Assembly: GCA_965655095.1 (NCBI GenBank)
Contig: OZ296650.1
Location: 134,044,001-134,108,000 of the forward strand
Reading direction: 5' to 3'
DNA length: 64,000 nucleotides
From: Haplodiscus bocki
Lineage: Eukaryota
Positions 1-13,392 of the stretch are shown here, one piece after another. The stretch's first letter is position 1. Each line of letters opens with the position of its first letter. The notes beneath the pieces were generated by a model that ran no database searches, had not been told where the DNA came from, and worked only from the letters and a program-made list of their open reading frames with translations. Both the position numbers and the translations under genes were made by a program.

Positions 1-189
1 GATTAATGGTAACTAGCCATTTTCATCATTGACTTGAGACACTTGTCTCCATTGTCTCCATCAAGTCATCGTCGGCCATAGATTATGACAAGTTAAAGGC
101 CACTTTGATGACGTATCAGTGCTGATAGTAGACTAAATGTGTGTCTTTCTTTTGTCAAGTGGTGAAATTTGTGCTTTGATTTTCCTGAT

Positions 190-700
190 TTTCAGCTTTT
201 ACCAACAATAAACGTGGTTAGTGAAAGGAATCGAATCAGTTTCTGAAGGTAACATGCTGAGTTAAAACGATGCTTCTTTACTATTGATGTCTTTCAAGAG
301 TGGTTTCGATTTTAATAATTTTTTTCTTCTACAGACCGAACCAGAACTGTCGCGTTTCACAAACGTTTTTGCGTGAGGTTCTTGGAAGAGGCTATTCGGT
401 CGGTTCCGACGCATACATAACGGAGTTTTACACTTATTCCAAAATAACTTTTGAATTTTGTGTAAAAAATTACTTGTTGTCAGATAAAATGATCAGCGAA
501 CGAGCATGTTATGGATACGTTTTATTCCTGTGAAGTTTTGTCGAGGTTTCTTTTTGGATATTGCGTTTTTATATCAAATCATAAATTGTTTCACTTGAAC
601 TCGGCATCGCCAATTTCCAATCCCGCATTTGAACCCTTTCATGTAGATACTTTTTCGTATGTGATAGAAACGTATGAACTGTTCATCCTGTAATTCCTGA
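190..700 (+). pseudogene. Degenerate, possibly spliced coding remnant shared with unit 2
   Basis: Peptides GSDAYITEFYTYSKITFEFCVK and ISNHKL..PISNPAFEP match GSDAYISEFYTFFKETFEYCVK and ISNHKL..PISDPSFEP at 15.1-15.4 kb. TTTTCAG and AAG|GTAAC splice-like sites occur in both copies. Confidence 0.4.
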
Positions 701-2086
701 CTCACTGAAGTCTCAACTGATTTTGGTGAACAATTTTTGGCTTGTGTCGATAAATTCGGCGCATTAACTTTGGTAAATTACTTTGCTAACGTTTTCCTGG
801 GAGAAGAGTGCTGTGTAACGCTTGTCAGAATCGCTGGCTGACTACTAATACTCTTCAATAATTTCTAAAACTAAAAGGGGACCACGCTGTTATCATCGTA
901 CATGAAATGTTGAAATAGTTAATGGCGCATTGGAGACGTGGGAAATTGAAAAGTAAACAAAATAATCGTTACTTTTAATGTATCCCCTTGGTTGCCAACG
1001 TTGACTGGCATTAGAGGAACAATTTCTACAGGTTCAACAAAGTTGAGCATATTATTGGTTTTGCTTAGGAGGAGAACTTGCTTTCATTTACTTTTTAACC
1101 GCCTGCGGCCTAAACACCGGTCACGTAACATTTAGTGTTCGCCATTCGTTAGCTGGTGAGTTTGGTGTCAGTCATGCGGTAAACTGAAAACAAGGGATAA
1201 TTTCTTAGACAAACAGACCGTTTCCGCTGTCAGTGCGGGAATGAAAGATTACGTAACGTTCTTGTTTCACGCTTTTGAAATAAGGGTTTTATCTCTTTTC
1301 AACTGAGCAGTAAAACGCTGTAACATGATATCCTACTTTGTTCAACAGTTCAATGTCAGTTTAATTTAAGCTAATTTTTCATGTTTATTGCTTTCGATAT
1401 ATTTGCTGTTCTTATCGCCAACTACAGGACAGTTAAGTTTCCAGCAGTAAAAAGCAAGCTTCAGATTGATTGCCATTGTAGTCAGCTTGAAGTAAAGGCA
1501 GATAATTGTGTAGTCTGTGTCATTATAGGAAAATTCTTCATGATTTTCGGGTGCTCATTAAAAATAACGTTCGAATATATGAAAGGCAGAATAAACTTGA
1601 GTATTTTTTTGTTTTTGGTTGTGCTGTGCTGGCAGGGAAGAAAATGATGCATTTTTGCGTGTATCTGCAAAAGTTTATTTTCGTTTTTGTTTGTGTTTGC
1701 CAATTGTCACCATATTGAGTAAATTAATGACAAAAAGTTTGTTTCTCGTGCAGTTGTGTGAATGGTCTCTGTTTCATTCCACGTCAAAAGGGGGAAGTAA
1801 TTGGCTGGTACCAATTATCGCAAGTGAAAGTTTTTGGGGAATTTTGACATACGCCTCCTTCCTGTAGGAGTTTGCTGGTTTTTGTTGCAGACCAAAACTT
1901 GCGACCTGAAGCCAAAGATTTTATATCGGCTTCTCTTTCTTGAAGGGTTAATTTGGAAAGTAGTTTATTGCTTCTTGTAAATGTTTAGAGACTTTCATTG
2001 TGTTTTCTATGTGCTTTGCCTGTAGGACTTTTGCTATTTGATGTCGGCACGAGTGAAGCACTATATGTAAAAGGCATCTTCCCAAA

Positions 2087-2124
2087 GCCTTGGTTTCGCT
2101 CAGAGGCCTTCGCAAAACCAAGGC
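2087..2124. promoter_or_regulatory. Conserved 13-12-13 inverted repeat upstream of polyprotein (unit 1)
   Basis: GCCTTGGTTTCGC-tcagaggccttc-GCAAAACCAAGGC, one mismatch; same motif in all four units. Confidence 0.85.
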
Positions 2125-2409
2125 GCTTCTGTTTTTCATTATTCAATTCGCAATGGAAACTGTAACTGTTATGGAAACAGTCCTTTCCTAAAAACTTCAA
2201 AAAGGTTTGAAATGCAGGAAGGAATAAATATCACATTTTGTATGTCGAATTCATAGCAGCCTCTGGAGCTCTATTTATCGCAAATAGGTCATTGGCGACT
2301 TCAATTGTTTGGGGTCTGTAATTTTTTTTGTGTTTCAAATAGATATGGTAAATTTTGACATCCTGCTTCCTTTTTTTGTGCAATCAAACCTGCAATCAAA
2401 AAGCAAAAC

Positions 2410-5400
2410 ATGAAGCGTCGCCGTTGTATTTCGTGTGGACAATTTGCTGTTGCAAGCCATGTTTGCTTGAAGGACATTGATCGAGAACTTCAATCTGATG
2501 AGCGGCTGGGCGTCTTATACAAAATTCCCGACGTTTCAATCTCCGTTTCACCAGTTGCAAGAAGTGAAACTCTGAACTGTCTCTCAACTTTAGGTCTAAC
2601 TGATTTTTTAGTCTCTCCAGAAGTTTCGATCGCAAATGACAGTATCATTTGTACTTTGCGTCCGGCGCGTGTAACTGCGATTCTTGGCGATGGTAATTGT
2701 CTTTTCTCATCCTTAGCAGTTGCTCTCGGTTTGTCACAGGATTGTAGTTCAATTCTACGGAATATAATTGTTAGCAACATGATGTTCATCAACTTCCCTC
2801 CAAACAGCTTACAAACCACAATTTACTCCGCTGTTTTTCCAAACCAATACCGTGTTTTGCTTTGTACGTCGGTTCAAGAGTACCTCAGTTTGTCGAAAAT
2901 GGAAGAAAATGGAGTCTTCGGAACATGCGTTGAAATATACGCGTTTTGTCAGATTTTCCAAGTGGACGTATATTTATACCATGTTCCTCTAAAATCCTGG
3001 TTGGTTTATGAATTCTCTCTGAGCACGAATCGTCGTGGAATTTTCATTCAGCAAACCTGGAATGCAAATCACTTCGAAGTAATCAGTCAGTTGGTTTCAG
3101 TCGCAAATGAAGAAAACGTTGCAGGTTCACAAAGAATTTCGTGTCTTGGTTCCAACGCAATGCATTTGTCTTTGTCAATTTTGGGAGAAGATAATAAATC
3201 TTTCAGGTACCCAGAAAACACAACAGGGGTGCCACCAGCGAAAAAAGCAAAACACACTGCGGATCCATCCACCTGGAAGACACGCCTTGAAACTCACGTC
3301 ACACCCACTCCAAGTCAGAAATTCTGTAACGCAAAGTCTGATCAAAATTTTCCGATGCTACCGTTGTCAGAAAACGCTACCAAACCTGTTGTGGACAAAG
3401 AAATACCCAAAATCAAGGATCTGTACACTAACACTGCTACGGCTTCACACAGTGATGCGACGATTGAACAAACGACAGATGGTAAATCTAAGTCTGCTGA
3501 CGGAGAGTTTTGCGGCAAATGCTTGCGACAATCCACGCTGCAATATCCGTTAAAGCTTACTAAGAAACAAAAATCAGATTTTAAAAACAGAATGTTTGGT
3601 AACCGAATCAAGGACGCTTTTCCCATATTATGCAATCAATGTCTAATTTACTGCACTTCCGAACGCATCGAGTGGAGTCACGCATGGCCATCTGTTTTTT
3701 TCACGCTTTTGAGTGATGAAAAAATGCCCAAGGAGCAGCAGTTGAATGTTTTAACGTTGTTATCTTGGGAACTGAGACAGCAATGGATGGGTTGCTTGGA
3801 AAAATTTACTCCATGTGTCCAACAATTTCTCAATGGGAAACAAATCAATGGGAAATGTGTCGTTGACGGAACCGCTCGTTTGCATTATTTCCAGAAACTG
3901 ATCAAAACTCTTCTACAAGAACAAATTGCAGTTGCTTTGGATAAAGAACCTTACCCCAACGTTCGGTGCCCATTTGGTTGCTGGTGTTTCATTGAAGAAT
4001 CCGGTTTCATCACTGCGAAACATTTTTTGAATCTATTCGACCCAGCTTTCACATCTTTTGGAGCTTATAGTCATTTGCATCTTAGAGGAATTAGGTCAGA
4101 TTTCTTGGTTCCAACGTCATCATTGCTGAAGTTTCTAATTGCAACAACTGTGTGTGTAGACGAAGAAGAAGGATTGGTTGTTCACGCTTGCCCCATGCAC
4201 TCGAAGGGGTCGTCTGTGCAATACCTTCATCCTCCATCGCATCCTGTCCTGTCAAGAACTGCGTTAATTCACGATGAACGTTTGAGTATGGTGACACCAA
4301 CAATTTCGTGGATAACAAACATTAAAGCAAATTTCGCCAGTTATACCTACCAGTTATTGAAAGGTGTTGGCTCTTATAGTGGAATGAGTACAGTTCAGTT
4401 GCGGCGGAGAACGCGTTGGGACATCACCAGCGATATCTTGTACCACGCTGAAGGCCTCGCTTGCCGTTTTCGAGAAGATGTTAAAACGAAGATTCGTGAA
4501 TGGGTGAGAGAAGGTAAAATCGTTGAAGATGTAGCTTTGGGGATTCTTGACTATCCTGCACAGATTGAGAACATTTCAGACTGTTTGTTGCCTGCCCTTT
4601 CTACAGATTTGGAGACTTGCGTAGAATTAGCTAAAGTTCTAGATAAAAATGATAAAGTTTATTTAAACAACGTGGAAGTTTTGAGCTGTTATTCCTTCGC
4701 CCATGGAACCTGCGAGTATGGTTGTTCGCCCCCTCCTCTGAATTGTAAAGGCAGCAATGTTTTTTGGCTTGTACAAGCTGCACTGTGTCTGTCACCGTTG
4801 ATGTGTCGTTCTTTGGTAACATCAGGTAAGTATTCTGTGACCTTGAAGCCTTTGATATTTTTGCTGAGGAATGTCTTTATTACCTCAAAGGCAATGAAAA
4901 AAACCAGCAATACCCTACTTCTACAGCGCTCGGAAGAAGCAATAAACACCTTGCTAGAGAAAAACAGAACTGAAGAGCAGTTAAAAGGTGTGAAGTACTG
5001 TTGTTGCCATCTCGCAGCACAATTTTTGGCAACTGTGTCTGAGAATTTTTGCCACATCCCCTCAACGAATCGAAAAAATATAACTTGTTATACAAATGTG
5101 CAACTTCCCGTTGAAACAACTCACGCTATATTCACCACCAATTCTCCCAATAATTTGCGGAGCAAAAGCGAGCCTCCGTTAAGGTTGGTTGTCAACGATA
5201 TCGGCTATGAACTGATTGCAGTCGGCGCAAAGGATGGAGGCCCGGCCGCCGAGCCAAGGTTGATGGTTCGACATGCAGGTGACTTCCAAAAGTTCTGGCT
5301 TTTGGAGAAAAGCTGCAGATACGCTAGGAAGATGACAGAATCTAGAACTGAGGCTTTGAGTTCAGGTCTTCGTGGATATTGGACGATAGCAATTTATGAG

Positions 5401-8400
5401 AAATCAAGAAATCTTGAATTAGCTGATTTTAATTGGAACTTTCTGAGCACTTTGACGGGTCAAGGCGTCTTCATCTGTGAATCTCATGACGTTCCTTTGA
5501 CAAGAGCAGTTTTCGTTGTAGATGCACCCGTGCTTCTTTTTTGCGTTGCCCTTATTCCCAATGTAACAGTTGCGTATGCAAGCGTCACTTCAACGAAGGT
5601 CTACAGAGTCCGAATAGGCGTGTTCCTGTTGATCCAATGCCGATGTCGAAAAAGAGGGGAAATACGCAATTCTCACCTGTTAATTCAGAGTCGTCTACCA
5701 TGCAGGTTGTATCAGACACATCATCTATTGTAGAGTCAATCGAATCAAGCGAGCCTGATGCAGCAGCAATTGCCTTTGGTAGGGTGTCTAACAACAATTT
5801 TTCAGTTGTTGGGGATTTCTCTTTCGAAGTTGACAACCATGAACCTCTTGAAGACAGCATGAATGTATTGGCTAGTCTCCAAACTTGCCCTGATAAAAAA
5901 GCTCTTTTCATTGACCCACACCGAAATGAAGATCTTTTCAAACTGCCACTTCACATTCTGCTCAATTCTCAATGCAACCTTTTGTACCGGCATAAAGGGA
6001 GTCCAATCAGTTTGTCGTTGAAAGAAAAACGTTTTTTAGAAAACATTGCAGCAACTTCCACGACAGCGCTGCCTCTAATTCAACCAGAAGCTCTTTTGTT
6101 TCCATCAATTTTTTGGTGTCAAGCTAACAACGGTAGTTTTCATGGAGCAATACCAGCCGCGCTGTACAACAACTCCAAGTACAACAGACAACTGGGTTTT
6201 GCTGGTTTGGAAGACATGCTTCGTACGAGAATCAAAGATGGTTCGCTGTTGACATCATGCAATCCAACTTATTTGCAGTATGTGTTTGACAGCCTTTTGA
6301 ACATGCAGCTTCACAAAACTGATGTTAGATTGGTTTTAAATCGGGGATGGCAGGAAGTGAGTTCCGGCCCTACAAATTGTTCATTTGTTTCAACCCAAAC
6401 GTTCAAGTTTGACTGTGCGGAAAGTCGTAAAAATGTCTGTGAACTCGCAGCTTTAATTCGAGATAAAAATCCAACGTACTTTTTGACATATACTTGCAGC
6501 CAATCGACCCATCCTGGCGTTAGAAAAACTTTTCAAGCACTCTATGAAATGTACCCACCAGAAACTACAAAAAAGGAACTGCTTTCTGCCGCCATTCAAA
6601 CAGAATTGATGCCAATGCTCAGGTGTTGGTATAGAGCTTCACAATACGTAATGGAGTGGGTGAAACAGTCTCCAGAAAGACCACTGGGACCAGTATCCCA
6701 CATTTGGATGCAGTATGAATGGCAGGAGGAGACAGCCGGGTTCCCTCATTTGCATGTGATACTTTGTACTCCAGAAGACAAGTTTTCTAATGAGGTGAGA
6801 TCTCGAGTTTGCTGTTCAAAAGAAACTTTTTTGGGTGCATTAGAAAGCAGTTGCCCTCAATTAACGAAAGACGAAAGGTTGCATCTGGGTGAGTTATTCC
6901 AAAAGTATCAAATTCATAACTGTACCAAAGGGCGTCAGCGGTGCCATAAAAAAACAAATCGTCTCAATCAGCCAATTTGTCGTGTGCCAAGATATCCACC
7001 ATCGAATGCATTTTCGTTCAAAGAAGTTCCCATTAACTTCTCTTCTGAAACAATAGACTTGTTACAAGCCATGGACTTAGCAGACATTGACGTTAACACG
7101 TTGTTGCCGAAGGTCAAAAACCCTCTAATTGCCGGGAAGCATCACTATCCCACTGTTTCTAACGAGCATTTCTCGCCAACAAATGCAGCTTTGTTTTGCA
7201 CTGACACAATCAAGCACTAACGTTCAAATTTGCGACGATTACATGGCACCCCGTTACGTTGCGAAGTATGCAGCGGGCATTGAATCTCGAGCAGCAGCCA
7301 CAATTGTTGCAGGTCAGACAGAGAACAGTGTAAAGGTTCTAACAGAACCGATAAAACATGAGAAGATAGCAGGTGTTCGAGCTTGTTTGAAAAATTTGCG
7401 CCAGGAAGAGAAACGACAATCAGTAAAAGGTCGTATTGTCAGTATTACTGAATGTCTTTGGTGGTGCTTACAACTTCCTTACGTCTGCACAAATGTTGAC
7501 TTTGTACATGTGCCTACAGTTCCCAAAGAATATCGTTCAGGAATTGTAATTGAGAAACGTTTTCACAAGTCTCCGAATTTCAGCGCCACTTTCACTGATG
7601 GAGTCCGTGTGCGAAAAGAATTGTTGGAAATGCCAAAACTTCGACAATTTACAAAAAGTCAAACCCTCCTCCTTGCAGATGTTGAAAACAGTTTCATTTC
7701 TCCTGACAAGGTAACTGTTTTTGGACTGAGGCCGCCGGAACTTTTGTTCGTATCCCAGATAAAAGACTACTACAGCTGGTTTGTGCGGTGCAAACCCACA
7801 AGAACAAACTGGCTTAGCAATCACGAGAAGTTCTTGAAAAAAAGTTTACATAAAAGCTGCTGGGTTGATGCATTTGGATATTTGGTTAAACTGCGCCCAT
7901 CTGCTGTTAACTCTTTCGTAAGTCTCTGTCAAGAAAAGTTTTGTGAAGAACGGAATCAGTTCCTGAAACGCGAAATGAGGAAACACATTGTTCCCATTCT
8001 TGAAAACAAGAACAGTTCTCAGTTCGTTGCTCATTGGAGAAACTTGTCAGAAGAAGAGGCCGTTGTTTTTTTCAGCAACACTCTACCGAATAACTCAACA
8101 AAGTTTTTACTTCATCTGTTACTGACCCTCGGGAAACTTGACACTGAGTTGGACATCTTGAACGTCCAAAGTTTCAAAGAAGCTTTCATAAAAGCGGGTA
8201 TTCTGCTAAACTCAACCGTCACTGATGGCGCAGTGAAAGAAATAGCTAGGAAGTATTTGCTGGAACAGCTTCGCTTCACTCCAGGGTCATCTAAATTGAT
8301 TGAAACTTACTTGGTAATGGCCCATAGTGTTATATCGGAGGCACTGTTAATAAATAATCTATTTTTTGCTGCTGCTTTACCACCTGTTCTGGACAAAAGC

Positions 8401-10466
8401 GTCCTGGAGGAATGCGAAGAAACAGTCACAATTCAACTGGCTATGGAAAAGTGTAAAATGATAGCTTTCCTTCAGACATGTCAGACTGAATTACCTGCAG
8501 AGCAAACGATGATCGACGCCACTTTCAATACTCCAGTGCCTTGGAAGCCACTTTTACAGAAGAGCCCGGATCAAAGTAAAAACTCATATTTAGAGCAACG
8601 TCAAGTTTTGGACGAACTCATTAATTCAATAGACATGTATAAACGAGGACATTGCACTTTCATAAGACATCAGATTGTTTTCGGTCCACCAGGAAGCGGC
8701 AAAACTTTTGTGATGCTGAAATCTCTTGCTTACGCCTTATGTCAAGGATAGCATTGTGTGGTGACATCCATAGCAGCTGAAAGATCGGCTGCTTTAGCTG
8801 GAAAACATCTGAATGCTTTGATACCATTTCCAGTTGAAAAATGTTGCTCTGCAGAATCACTTTCGAAGAAGGCTCTGTCCAATTTACAACGATCTCCTAT
8901 CAAAAGCCGAGTTTTACAGCACTTAGACGTAATTTTCGTTGAAGAACTTTCGATGATATCTAGCGAGCTTTGGGCAGCGACAGATCATGTTTTGCAAGTT
9001 GTCACAGCAAATTATGTTCCTTTCGGCGGAAAACTCGTTGTCGCAACTGGTGACTTCTTTCAACTTCCCCCGCCCTCTGGATCTTACTTGATGAGTTCCT
9101 CTTTTCCTTTAACAACCTTTGCTTTCCACAATTTAAAAATTTCGTCCGAATGCGGAACAAGAACGGCCAGGAACTGTTATCATTGTTATCAGCAACGCCT
9201 AAAACAGATGCCAATGCAGAAAGAATTTGGAAAATTATGGAAAAAGATTGCAATTTTGTACAATCGTGGAACGACGTGCCGAACGACAGAATTCGAATTT
9301 TTGCTACTAGACAAGCGGAACGAAAAGCAACCGAGAATAAAATCAATGAAGTTAAATGCAGCAGAACACAATTCTTTGAAAGTGCGTCCATCGACGAAAT
9401 GTGCGTTTCGAGCACCGACAACTGGAGTGAGGCGACTGCAACAGCGTCGAAGTTCCTGAACAAAAAGTGCCTTGAGCCCCAATCACTTTTTCTATACCCC
9501 GGTGCTATTATGCGATTAACTGTCAACAAACCATCCATATCAGCATATCAAGGTCAACTTTGCGTCCTCCTGACTTTGGAGACCATTGAAAATGGTACCC
9601 TAACAGTTGCTCTTGCTCCAGCTGGTTGCAGAAAGATCCCGCCACTCTCTGTGATCAGAAACAGTTGGAGGTGTGTTGTTATTGGCAAGGAAACCGGTGT
9701 AGCCTTCCGATTAAACCATAAAACAGTGTGCAGGAGGATACAGTATCCGTTAAAGCTTTTTGTTGCGTCCACCATTCACAAGACCATGGGCGAAACTCTG
9801 CCGATGGTGGCGACGCCAATAGTGGGGTCACGAGATTTTGCTTTGTGGCTTCCTGAGCAGTTGTATGTGGTTATGAGCAGGGTAAGGAGTTTGAACCATG
9901 TGACTTTTGTGGGCACGAAGGAGGAGAATAGAAGAGCAGTTTTAGACTTAGTCCGCAAAAAATCACAGTGGGCTGAGCTGACTAATGAAATTCTGACAAA
10001 AAGTTCTGCGCGCCATCCCACAGTTTATCATGCCAAAGCATCGCCTTTTCCACCATCAACTCGTGACCTACCTACCCAAAACTTGGGTTTCTGTTACTTG
10101 CTGCAGAGTGTCCCACAAAGTCAGCTGTTGTACATTGGCTCCACTATGTCATTGGTGCGTCGTCTGAGGGAACACAATTCTGGATTAGGTTCCAAGTTCA
10201 CAAAATTTACAAATCGGTTGCCCTGGAAAGTTTGTGCCTATGTAACTGGGTTCAATTTAACCAATGCGTCTCATAGAGTCCGCGTATTTGAGAAAGAATG
10301 GCTGGATGCAGCATCGAACTACGTTAATCTCACAAAGAAAAATGTATCACTCTTCACAGCCATCAATTTAGGTGAAGACATTGCAAAAACTTGGCCGCAC
10401 AAAGAAGACGGTTTAAAACTTATTGTATGTAGTGGTGAACCCACTGCCTGTTTAAAGCCATGGTGA
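2410..10466 (+). pseudogene. OTU-Rep(HUH)-Pif1 helicase-GIY-YIG polyprotein, disrupted
   Basis: Five ORF pieces collinear with the intact unit 3 protein. Lesions: ~13-nt deletion near 5506, +1 near 7195, TAG at 8749-8751, -1 near 9137. Motifs GDGNCLF, PHLH, YVAKY, GPPGSGKT, GDFFQLPP, CYLL..LYIGST. Confidence 0.9.
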
Positions 10467-10547
10467 TCGCAATATCCATTCTGACAAGACTGCTGAAACC
10501 ATTTTCGGTTGTGCACAATGTTTCTGCGTACGCGTTGGATCCCAACT

Positions 10548-10626
10548 GCTTCGACTGCATAGTGAAGCGTTGACAGAGTTCCCTTCCTATATTCTGTATA
10601 AATTTGCATCGACTGCACAGTGTTGC
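10548..10626 (+). repeat. 21-nt hairpin repeats after polyprotein stop (unit 1)
   Basis: gcttcgactgcatagtgaagc (10548-10568) and gcatcgactgcacagtgttgc (10606-10626); weak third copy near 10663. Confidence 0.75.
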
Positions 10627-11319
10627 GAATTTCAGCATAGGACTACTGACGAAAAAATTTTGGCTCGACTGACTGCTGTGACTGTAGATTGTAACATTTT
10701 GAAATGTCAGCTCGTATTGCTCCTTCAGTGCCCTTGATAATATGCACCAGATGAACTGTTTAGAAATTTTGTTCGTGTAGTTGGGTCAGCATTTTTGATT
10801 AGTTGAATTTTCTTGCTTAGTGTAGCTTTGAGTACGTATTAGACTTCAGTTGTGGAACATGTGCTATGAAAATATATTTTATTATCCTTTACTTTCTAGA
10901 AGTTTTGTGGACAGAAAAAAAACCGATGTAATGATGGTGTATTCGAATGCATTGCTCACCTTATTTTTCTATGGCCTTAAGTGTTACTGATTGACAAAGC
11001 GTGATGCGTTGAACCGTAAGATAACTGTAATTGTAACATAACATTTCTGTGAATTAAACTCAGTGATGAAGAAGATTTGAGAACTCTGAATAATTGATGA
11101 ACTTGTCATGCTTTTTTTGAAAAACAGGTTGCTTTACTTGAAACAATAGCGCTATTTCACTGTATTAAATGCTTGAAACCGAAAATACTTGCCTGTTGAC
11201 TTTAATGAACCTTAAAGGAAAATGCGTTCACAGAATCTTTAAAAAAAGTAGAAAGCATGGCTTTGAATATTCCAATTGTTCAGTTCTCAGGCAGCTTCAA
11301 CCACGTTTGATTTCAGACT

Positions 11320-12330
11320 ATGACAACTCAAGTCAACACCTCCCAAGTAACAGCTCCAATTTTTTTGCGTCGAAGCGAAAATACGTTCGTCAGAGGTATC
11401 GTTCTAGTTACTAAGAAATACGACAAACCTTTGCAGTTGTTTAGACCGCAAAATATCAAAAACAAGAGAGGTGCCCTCGATACCACCTATGACCGATTAG
11501 TCATACTAGGCGAAATCATTTCAAAGGAATGCTTTACTGTGATTGCGGAGTCTGCAAAGAAAATCCCTTTTTTGTTCGGGGACACTCTGTTAAAAGTAGC
11601 GTCAATTGTGGACGTAAAAGAACCTGTGTTCTCCAACTTTTGTCTCGGCAATGACCGCAGTAACCCCATTTTACATGTCTTCCTTCCTTTGGAAGTCGTC
11701 ATTAACGATATTCCTTTGTTGCCAATTCCCATAGATCTCCACCCATCAACGACAGCAATGTTTCACTTTTGCTTGCCAAACATACCCCTCACCTTCTTAC
11801 AAGCAAGTGCTGTGGCTCCAACTTGCTCAGGCTTCATGTGTGACAGAGGAGAAAAACGAATTGACTCTGTATGCCCCTGTATACAAAAATCTCCTGTTTC
11901 AGCTTGGGTAATGTGCGCCCGAATTGTCAGTCGTGACATCGAAAATGAAGACGAAGACCCCCTCACGGGAGAAAAAATGCAAAGTGTTAACCTGACAAAA
12001 AAATTTTGCAGCGAAGCAATTTTTAGAACTTCATATGCATCAATCGATTCGCAACAACTGCGGAAAGCTGTTAACCAGTTGTCCCAATTTGTAAATGAGA
12101 ATGGAGGGTGGCAGTTATATGGATTTTACAAAAGTGGATCCACAATCGAAAATCTTGCACAAAACGTACAACGTGTCCGCATTTGCAAAATTACGCCTGC
12201 AGTTGAAATGCCTTTTAACTTGAAGTACAACATTGTGCCATGCAACGCCAATATTGGCAATGAGCCCCTAGCTTTGCAACATGCGAATGCTAACATCGGT
12301 GCTCCTAACAATCCGAACAACCTACGATAG
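11320..12330 (+). CDS. Conserved 336-aa accessory protein of unknown function, Cys cluster CSGFMCD..CPC
   Basis: Intact ORF; homologues of identical length at 28535 and 45301. Confidence 0.85.
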   Translation: MTTQVNTSQVTAPIFLRRSENTFVRGIVLVTKKYDKPLQLFRPQNIKNKRGALDTTYDRLVILGEIISKECFTVIAESAKKIPFLFGDTLLKVASIVDVKEPVFSNFCLGNDRSNPILHVFLPLEVVINDIPLLPIPIDLHPSTTAMFHFCLPNIPLTFLQASAVAPTCSGFMCDRGEKRIDSVCPCIQKSPVSAWVMCARIVSRDIENEDEDPLTGEKMQSVNLTKKFCSEAIFRTSYASIDSQQLRKAVNQLSQFVNENGGWQLYGFYKSGSTIENLAQNVQRVRICKITPAVEMPFNLKYNIVPCNANIGNEPLALQHANANIGAPNNPNNLR

Positions 12331-13392
12331 CTGATCTAGAGTGACTCTTCAGAAGACCGTTCTTTCTCAACCGCGTGAAATGCTTGCAGGTTTTCAAAAC
12401 CAATCTCTCCTTTCGCAATCGACAGCAAGGTGGTTGCTGAAAAAAAACATGCACAAAGTAACAAGTTTCGCGGAAAAAAATCAACTGATAATGTTGTCCT
12501 CGTTCTTTCATACCAAAGTTTGTTCTCCTGCTTTTTTCAATCTTGAAACCTATGCTTCAATTTTCTTGTTTATGATAAAGTTTAACTTTCCAGTACTTAT
12601 CAGTACCGAAAGGTTAATTGTTGTTTTTTGTAGAACTGTAAACACTAATGTCAAATTAGTTGTTGTTGAACAATGGAAATTAGTTTGCAGCTGCCGACGA
12701 CTTGTCTCTGTAAACTTATGTTTTTCAGTAGCTTAGAACATTGTGCTAATTCGTGCTGCTTTTCAATGTGGTTTGTTGGTTCGTGTACAAGTTTTGAACT
12801 TTTCATATTATCCAATGAACTTCTTTCTTGTTTTGTTAAACATTACTATCCGTTCATCACCGAAAGTTTTGAACTTTGAAAAGATGTCTTGTTCCTCTAT
12901 CGGGCTCAGTGCACACTCTCAGTTTGTTGCTTGACGTTTGATACAGTGAACGCTTTGTAAAACAGGGAAAAGGAATAAAACTAGAAAGTGTTGTAGTTTT
13001 CTCCAACAGAAGAATGGGAACAAACTTTCATACGAAAATTTAGAGAAGTTTTTTCTGAAGTCTATACATGCTCATTTGCTTCAATTAGGTTGTTTTCAGA
13101 AAGTAACAGCTGGGAACCTACTGCCTGCAAATTGACAACACTGGTGCGAAACTTTTTGAGAAAGTTAAAACCCTTTCGCGGGTCAAATTTTGAAAGTATC
13201 CGTTAGGAAAAAAATTTCAGTTTTCCTTCCCAGAAACTCATCAACCTTGAAGTTGTTTGTTAAAGGAACAGCTGCTTTCATAAAATAGTGAGCCAAAATT
13301 TCTTGCCGACGTTCGCAGTGCGCCTGTTTAAGTGTCATAATCAAATTATACGGCAAATTTTGATTTTTTGTGATTTTTTTGTTTTTTTTTCG

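Noticed and set aside
5500-9150. Programmed frameshifting or stop readthrough in the polyprotein
   Set aside because: Lesions sit at different positions in each unit and unit 3 is uninterrupted, so they are mutations or assembly errors.
10548-10626. Iron-responsive element or histone stem-loop
   Set aside because: CAGTG appears in one repeat only and the stem/bulge geometry does not match either consensus.
12341-12934. ORFs downstream of the 336-aa gene
   Set aside because: The near-identical unit 3 copy has indels that break these frames, so the region is probably non-coding.
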